Shown here: piece after piece, positions 7,778-14,992 of the stretch
How the letters are laid out: each line of letters starts with the position of its first letter
Position numbering within the stretch: position 1 is the stretch's first letter
Source: Octopus sinensis
Lineage: Eukaryota
Length of the DNA: 14,992 nucleotides
Direction of reading: 5' to 3'
Assembly: GCF_006345805.1 (NCBI RefSeq)
Contig: NW_021825612.1
Span: 1 to 14,992 of the forward strand
Program-made: the position numbers and the translations under genes
The notes under the pieces: generated by a model
Databases searched by the model: none
Told to the model about the DNA's origin: nothing
The model's input: only the letters and a program-made list of their open reading frames with translations

Positions 7778-10260
7778 GACTATGTGGGGAGAGACAAAAA
7801 CAGAAGGGGATGCAAATGCCTCAGTGACCTGCTCAGACGATTCCAACTGTCTGATAGGTACCGACTCGACCACCCAAATGCACCAACGTGGACATGGAGC
7901 AACTGCAGTGGGTCGTCGAGATCGTACCTAGATAAGATACTGTGTAGGACAGTAGACAGGGATAGCTTAGGATGTCCACAATTCCACACAGTCAGTTACA
8001 CGGATCACAAATTCGTGATGTGTACTCTAGACTTAGATAAGGCACATAGACAGGACCCTGGTTACTGGAAACTGAACGCATCATTCCCGTCCAGACAAGT
8101 TTTCAGAGACAGAATCAACGCGTTAGTAAAAAAGGCTTTAACGGGAGCCATTGTCAACAACAAATGGTGGTTCGCCTTCAAGAGAGCAGTAAAAGCGGAA
8201 GCAATTAGATATAGCAAGGCACTAGCCGTAGATAGAAATAGGGTAGAGGGTGAGTTAGTTAAGAAGTTAGAAGAGGCAATAAGAAGCGGCATCACATCCG
8301 ACGAAGGGCTAGTCAGGGCTAGTATGCGTGCTCTAAGGATGGAAGGTGTTGGAGCCGCGAGGGAGGCCCGGGTGGCGGAGGTGTAGCAGGGCAACAAAGC
8401 CACCATTCGGTCTCTGGTAGATGAACAAGGGCGCGAATTGCTCGAGCCTAGCAAGATGTGCGAGACATTTCAGCGGCACTTTGCCCGACTGTACGGGACG
8501 AGTGGTGAGCGTGAACGCAGGGTGGACTTCAGTGCCTACCTACACAGCCTACCACGTCTCTCGGCAAGAGAGGCAGAGTGCTGCAAAGGTGCCATCACGG
8601 CGGCGGATGTGCGGGACGCGATGGCAGAATGCTCGAGGGACAAATCGCCGGGTTTGGATGGTCTACCCTACGAGTTTTACAAATGTATGCCAGACTTGTT
8701 TGGAGATCTCTTGGCAGCGGTATACTGCAACTGGCAGCAAAACGGGAGCATACCCGGTTTTGTGAGTCGAGGAGCCGTAACGCTGCTGAGGAAAGATCCA
8801 AACAAAGGGAACATTATAGATAACTTTAGACCAATCACCCTGCTCAATGCAGACTTGAAAATTTTGACAAAGGTGTTAGCCAAGAGGTTGGCGCTTGTCA
8901 TCGAGAAACTGGTCGACAACACACAAACGTGCGCCGTGCCGGGCCGGAACATCCATGACAACCTCCATCTGATGCGCTACATCAGAGACAGAGTAGTTAA
9001 GGAACCTGGCATGGGTGGGGCCCTGATCAATTTGGATCAATCGAAAGCCTTCGATGGGGTAGACCATCGATACTTGGAGGCAGTCCTAAGAGCAGCTGGT
9101 GTCGGTCCGGTCTTCCGCGGCTGGATAGCTGCCTTGTACAGAGGCATCTGTTCGGCAATTCGCGTAAATGGACATCTATCGAGACCTTTCGACCCTGCAC
9201 GTTCGGTCCGTCAGGGATGCCCCCTCTCGGCGCTACTATACGTATTGACTCTCGAGCCACTACTGCGGAAGCTGGCGACTCTGAGGGGCATCCCGCGAGA
9301 ATTGGGATGCGGGACGAGCGTGTCTGCATACGCGGACGACGTCACCCTCATAGTATCTAGCCACGAGCACATCGAGCTGGTCGGCGAGACACTGAAAGAC
9401 TACGAAGTGGTGACAGGAGCAAAAATCAACCGGGAAAAGTCAGTGGGCTTGTGGCTCGGCACCTGGAGAAGCAAGCCCATGCCGTCCACCAGTACCAGTG
9501 GGACGCTGGACGGACGGCCCGGTTGAGTTGCTCGGGATCTGGTTCGGTCCGGTCCTCCAAATGGAGAAGAACTGGAACGAGATAACGAGTAGGGTGGTCA
9601 CTCTCGCCCAGCAATGGGCCGTGAGGAAACTATAGGGGATTAGTGGAAGGGAGGTACGACGACGATCTTGGGGCAAACCTGGGCGTCGATGAGGAATACC
9701 TGACCCACCTGTTTGAAACGACTTTCTGGCCGGGACGTATGGACAACTTCCAGAGATCCCTGGCCTGGCGGTGCTAACGAGAAGCGCTACCCGTTCAGGA
9801 TAAGCTCTATTGGCATGGCTCGAGAAACACGGGGCCGTCCTGCCCGAGATGCGGGCAGAGCGACGAAACCGCTCTGCACGCAATCGTGCAGTGTCCAACA
9901 ATCTCCGACCTGTGGGCTTATGTCGAACAACTGCTGTCACGTGTGGGACGAGTCGGTTTATCGCTGAGTCTATCGTTAATATTGTCACGCCCGCCTTCTT
10001 CCTTCAAACGGAAGGAAGAGCTATTTTCATCATCCTTGTGGCTATGGCGAAAGAATGTATCTGGTGGACGCGCCTGAAAGGATTAGAGACAAACCTTTCT
10101 CTCTGGTCAATCTCTCATCAACTTCTTCAAGTATCACTTGAAGAGGAAAGCGAGAGTAGAGAGGCAAGTTTTGTCCAGTGAATGTTTTAAAAAAAGATGG
10201 GTGAATGTAGCAAGGATGGCACGTATGAATGACGAAGCCACCTTGACTATGATTCTATGA
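7772..10260 (+). pseudogene. ORF2 of LINE copy A (APE endonuclease fragment, RT, zinc knuckle), disrupted
   Basis: Track ORFs 7595 and 8438 are one frame broken by TAG at 8384-8386. RT motifs: KSPGLDGLPYEFY, FRPITLLNADLKIL, DQSKAFD, VRQGCPLS, YADD (9329-9340). Frameshift ~9495, deletion at 9631, further indels; stop at 10258-10260. Confidence 0.92.
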
Positions 10261-10634
10261 ACCGTAAAAATTAATACAGAGAGTTGCTTATTTGCAAAAA
10301 AAAAAGAAATATAACATGTGACTTCATTGACCGAGGTTACCGTGGTCTTTTCCGTAGGCTTTTCTTTGCACGGGTAAACTTCACCTGTCCTCCCCCTTAC
10401 ACTTCATATTGACATTTCTGTGATAACGATCCCTATTGATCAATTTTTTTCCTTTCCCTTTTTTTTCCTCACCTCGAATTTTTTTAAAAGATTTTATTTT
10501 ATCCCCCCCTTTGTTGTCCTCTTTCCTTCCATTTACGATCCCTTTTGAACGAAAACCAAACCCCCTTCTTTTACCCCCAAAAGAAAAGCTCTACCATGTA
10601 ATTTTGTCCCGTCTGTATGCAGCCCTGTGTGGCT

Positions 10635-10640
10635 AATAAA
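10635..10640 (+). promoter_or_regulatory. AATAAA polyadenylation-signal-like hexamer at the LINE A 3' end
   Basis: Conserved in both copies, 5 nt before the element end. Confidence 0.6.
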
Positions 10641-10645
10641 GAAAC

Positions 10646-10724
10646 ATATCTATCTATCCATCCATCCATCCAACCATCCATCTATCTGTCTATCTATCTG
10701 TCTGTCTGTCTATCTATCAGTCTG

Positions 10725-10822
<98 letters not shown>

Positions 10823-10957
10823 AATATATATGTATATCTATATCTATATCTATCTCTCTATCTCTCTATCTGTATATTTATATCTATATCTATCTATCTT
10901 TCTATCTATCTATCTATCTATCTATCTATATCTATCTATCTATCTATCTATCTATCC

Positions 10958-11028
<71 letters not shown>

Positions 11029-11029
11029 C

Positions 11030-11105
<76 letters not shown>

Positions 11106-11125
11106 GTATATCTATATCTATATCT
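10646..11125. repeat. ~480-bp (TATC)n microsatellite with TCCA, TCTG and TATATC variants between the two LINEs
   Basis: Read directly from the sequence. Confidence 0.97.
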
Positions 11126-13438
11126 AAAGCCACCATTCGGTCTCTGGTAGATGAACAGGGGCGCGAATTGATCGAGCCAAGTAAAGTGTGTGAGGCCTTT
11201 CAACAGCATTTTGACCGACTGTTCGGGATGAGTGGCGGGCAAGAACGTAGGGTGGACTTCAGTGCATACCTACACAGCCTACCAGTACTCACAACAAGAG
11301 GGGCAGGGTGCTGCGAAGGTGCCATCACGGCGGCGGAATTGCGGGACGCGATGGCAGAATGCTCGAGGGACAAATCGCCGGGTTTGAATGGTCTACCCTA
11401 CGAGCTTTACAGTTGTATGCCAGTCTTGTTTGGAGATGTCTTGGCAGCGGTATACTGCAACTGGCAGCAAAACGGGAGCATTCCTGGTTTTGTGAGCCGA
11501 GGAGCCGTAACACTGCTGAAGAAAGATCTAAACAAGGGAAATGTAATAGATAACTTTAGGCCCATCACTCTGCTTAATGCAGACTTGAAAATTTTGGCCA
11601 AGGTGCTAGCCAAGAGGTTGGCGCTTGTCATCGAGAAACTGGTCGACAAGGCGCAAACGTGCGCCGTGCTGGGCCGGACCATCCATGACAACCTTCACCT
11701 GATGCGCTACATCATAGACAGGGTAGTTAAGGAACCTGGCATGGGTGGGACACTGATCAATTTGGATCAATCGAAAACTTTCGATAGGGTAGACCATCGA
11801 ACTTGGAGGCAGTCCTCAGAGCGACTGGCTTCGGTCCGGTCTTCCGCTGCTGGATAGCCGCTTTGTACAGAGGTATCAGTTCGGTAATTCGCGTAAATGG
11901 CCATCTATCGAGACTTTCGACATCGCACGTTCGGTCCTCAGGGATGCCCCCTTCTCGTCGCTTCTATACTATTGACTCTCGAGCCATTATTGCGGAAGCT
12001 GGCAACTTTTAGGGGCATCCCGCGAGAACTGGGATGCGGGACGTGCGTGTCTGCATACGCGGAGGACGTCACCGTCATAGTGTCTAGCCACGAGCACATC
12101 GAGCAGGTCGCGAGCCACTGAAAATCTACGAAGCGGTGACAGGAGATCGAATCAACCGGGAAAAGTCAGTGGCTTGCGACTAGGCACCTGGAGAAGCAAG
12201 CCCATGCCGTCCACCAGTACCTCCGTCGTGGGACGCTGGACGGAGGGCCCGGTCGAGTTGCTCGGGGTCTGGTTCGGTTCGGACCTCCAAGTGGAGAAGA
12301 ACTGTAACGAGATAACAAGTTGGGTGGTCACTCTCGCCCGGCAATGGGCCAAGAGGAAACTGTCTCTAAAAGGTCGGGTGGAGGTGGCGAACACGTACAT
12401 CGCGTCCGTCATCTACTACCGCCTGACCGTCGTGCCTTTTCCCGACCCTACCATCACCAAACTAGAACGCATTTTCTTCCGCTTCTTGTGGAAAGGATGC
12501 GTACCGATGGTCAGGCGATCAATTTGCTGCCAACACCCGTTAAAAGGAGGGCTTGGCATGCCGTGGTTGATGATGCGCAGACACGCGCTGAGACTGCGAC
12601 ATCTCAGGCTCTTCGTAGACGACGGTGAACAGGTGTGGTCGCCGTTTGTAAGGCACGCGTTCCCGCAGCTTGTTTCCATGACCGAACTGCAGTCGTGGAT
12701 CAAAAAGAGGCCGAGGAAGGGCGAATGGCACCGCGAGTGTCGCGTTGCTCTCAAGCAACTCTGCCGTCCCGGGTCGACCTTGAGTGACTTCATCACAACC
12801 AAAGCATTCTATAGGGGATTAGTGGAGGGGAGGTACGACGACGAGCTCGGGGCGAATTTGGACGTCGACAAGGAGTACCTGACCCGCCTGTTCGGGACGA
12901 CTTTCGGGCCAAGGCCCATGGACCACTTCCAGAGATCCCTGGCCTGGCGGTGCTACCGAGAAGCGCTACCCGTTCGGGATAAGCTCTACAGACACGGCTC
13001 GAGAAACACGGGGCCGACCTGCCCGAGATGCGATCAGAGCGACGAAACCGTTCTGCACGTACTCGTGCAGTGTCCAACAATTTCCGACCTGTGGCTTATG
13101 TCGAACAACTGCTGTCACGTGTGGGACGAGTCGGTTTACAGCTGAGTCTATCGTCAATATTGTCACGCCTCCTTCTTTTAAAACGGGAAGGAAGAGCTAT
13201 TTTCATCATCCTTGTGGCTATGGCGAAAGAATGTATCTGGTGGACGCGTCTGAAAGGATTGGAGACAAACACTTTTCTCTCTGGTCAATCTCTCATCAAC
13301 TTCTTCAAGTACCACTTGAAAAGGAAAGTGAGAGTAGAGAGGCAAGTTTTGTCTAGCGAATGTTTAAAAAAAAGATGGGCGAATGTAGCAAGGATGGCAC
13401 ATATGAATGACGAAGCGACCTTGAGCATAATCCTATGA
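11126..13438 (+). pseudogene. ORF2 of LINE copy B (RT plus CCHC zinc knuckle), multiple frameshifts, YADD changed to YAED
   Basis: KSPGLNGLPYELY, FRPITLLNADLKIL, DQSKTFDRVDH, YAED (12056-12067), EALPVRDKLYRHG..CPRC-x7-H-x4-C (~13020-13074). Stop at 13436-13438. Confidence 0.92.
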
Positions 13439-13848
13439 ACCCAGAAATTGAAAACAGAAGGTTACCTACTTGCAAACAAATGTGGTAACATATAACAATA
13501 TTGACCAAGTTACCGTGGTCTTTTTCGTAAACTTTTCTTCCTACGGATAACCTTACTGGACTTGCTTTCCCCTTACACCATACATCATAACACTATGATA
13601 CACGATCCCTATTCATCGTTTTTTCCCTCTTCCCCATTTTTCTCCTTTTTTCCAGTTCTCTTTTCCTTTGTTCCTTTTCCTTTTTTCTTTTTTTTCTTCT
13701 TTGTTTTTTTCCCTTTTACGATCCCTTTTGATCGAAAACCTACGCCACCTTTTTTTTGTTTCTTTTGTTTTTTGTTTTTTGTTTTTTTTCATTCCCAAAA
13801 AAACTCTACCTTGTAACTTGTCCCATCTGTGTGCAGCCCTGTGTGGCC

Positions 13849-13854
13849 AATAAA
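13849..13854 (+). promoter_or_regulatory. AATAAA polyadenylation-signal-like hexamer at the LINE B 3' end
   Basis: Same position as in copy A. Confidence 0.6.
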
Positions 13855-13859
13855 GAAAC

Positions 13860-13904
13860 TTATCTATCTACCTATCTATATCTATATCTATCTATCTATC
13901 TATA

Positions 13905-13961
<57 letters not shown>

Positions 13962-13962
13962 C

Positions 13963-14040
<78 letters not shown>
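13860..14040. repeat. (TATC)n followed by (TA)n microsatellite
   Basis: TATC 13861-~14000, TA to 14040. Confidence 0.96.
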
Positions 14041-14064
14041 GCCAGTCTGTCTCTCTGATAGTCT

Positions 14065-14131
14065 ATGTATGTATGCATGCATGTATGCATGTATGTATAT
14101 GTGCATGCATGCATATATGCATGTATGCATG
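14065..14131. repeat. (TATG/CATG)n alternating purine-pyrimidine tract
   Basis: Read directly from the sequence. Confidence 0.8.
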
Positions 14132-14992
14132 AATCTGTCTGTTCATCCTCTCTCTTCCTCGTTCTATATATGTTTGTATGTTTATACATATTAATATATA
14201 TTACACACACACATACACACACGCACACGCGTACGAACTCACAAACAGAGCTTTGTATTTTGTGCACATGCGTGGATATCTTTCTGTATACGTTTGTACA
14301 TAAATATATATACATATATACATGCAAGTTATCATTTTTTTCCGACATTCACGTTTCTTCAGAAAGCAAGGTTAATTAGACGCTGCCGACATGTTTACAT
14401 TGAATCACAATCATCAACGAAAACGTCTTTTAAAGAATAGTGACGGTAAAATTGAAATTACTTTTATGGTTTTGATAAAAATTCAATACAGAGAGATAAA
14501 TAAAAGCAATTTGATGAAACGAGCGAATAAGTGCGGTTTTGATCGTATTTGATAATTGTTATTTTTTAATTAGCTGAGATTGTTTGCTTGACCTTTAGCT
14601 AAATTATAGAAAGCAGGCTGGGATTGGTTACTTAGATGAGGTTAATATCACTTCATATACTTGTTGAAACTAAAAATAAACAAATAAATTATTCTTTGTG
14701 TGGCCTCGGTAATATAGGGAAGGACACTGTACTTGTAGTCTTCATAGATCCTCTAGCATTGAAAGGATCGTCACTGTGAATGCCATTTAAAGTTAAACTA
14801 GGGAGAGATTTTTAAAGAGACACTAGGCGTATTCTTTCACCAGTTTGACGTCCCCATATTCTGAACTTTCATCATGAATGCAAGCTCTAAAATTTCTTCT
14901 AGATTGAAAATAAATAAAAACTAAAAGGTATCAAAACAAATAAGTTGAAATAAACTCATATAAAATTGTAGAGTGAAAGAGAAAGAGATTGA

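Larger units (their letters stand above)
7772..10645 (+). mobile_element. L1/Tx1-clade LINE, copy A: 5'-truncated within the endonuclease, internal 449-bp deletion, complete 3' end
   Basis: APE endonuclease C-half (WTWS...SYLDKI, YTDH, WKLN), RT, CCHC zinc knuckle, 3' UTR ending AATAAAGAAAC (AATAAA 10635-10640). Colinear with copy B. Confidence 0.93.
11126..13859 (+). mobile_element. L1/Tx1-clade LINE, copy B: 5'-truncated just before the RT, complete 3' end
   Basis: Starts at AAAGCCACCATTCGGTC (the same sequence begins at ~8396 in copy A) and ends AATAAAGAAAC (AATAAA 13849-13854). Many substitutions relative to copy A. Confidence 0.93.

Noticed and set aside
8062-10181. Antisense and alternative-frame ORFs over the LINEs (also 11308-13166)
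   Set aside because: They are shadows of GC-richer ORF2 sequence with no independent motifs.
10329-10378. HDV-like ribozyme in the LINE 3' UTR
   Set aside because: The P3/L3/P1.1 elements and the catalytic C are absent. Kept only as a generic structure candidate.
10617-11150. YLSI/IYLS-repeat ORFs (also 5526-5901, 7533-7827, 13756-14379, 4282-4569)
   Set aside because: These are translations of TATC, TA and CA/TG microsatellites.
12360-12814. The 449-bp segment missing from copy A as a spliced intron (starts with GT at 12362)
   Set aside because: It ends in CT, not AG. Using the AG at 12813-12814 would not give the junction seen in copy A.
7772-13859. The two LINEs as a tandem segmental duplication or as the LTRs of one element
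   Set aside because: They have different 5' truncations, many substitutions and separate candidate TSDs, with no LTR or gag/integrase features.

Overview
Eukaryotic, AT-rich, repeat-dominated non-genic DNA. An octopus/cephalopod origin is my inference from the microsatellite load and a SINE fragment I recall from Octopus. I can support no host protein-coding exon. Contents: (1) A 5'-truncated, frameshifted Penelope-like element (PLE; RT C-half, Cys linker, GIY-YIG endonuclease) at ~1560-3896 with a long C/T and CA low-complexity tail, plus a second 3'-end remnant of the same family at ~6415-6900. (2) Three minimal type I hammerhead-ribozyme-like motifs with non-canonical cores (1453-1500, 3768-3803, 6772-6806) at PLE termini. 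(3) Two head-to-tail, independently 5'-truncated, diverged copies of an L1/Tx1-type LINE (7772-10645, 11126-13859). Each sits inside a (TATC)n microsatellite, ends at AATAAAGAAAC with no poly(A), and has a candidate target-site duplication, which suggests a (TATC/GATA)n-specific retrotransposon. (4) A SINE fragment and many microsatellites. Most ORFs in the supplied track are artefacts of microsatellites or antisense/alternative frames of the retroelements.
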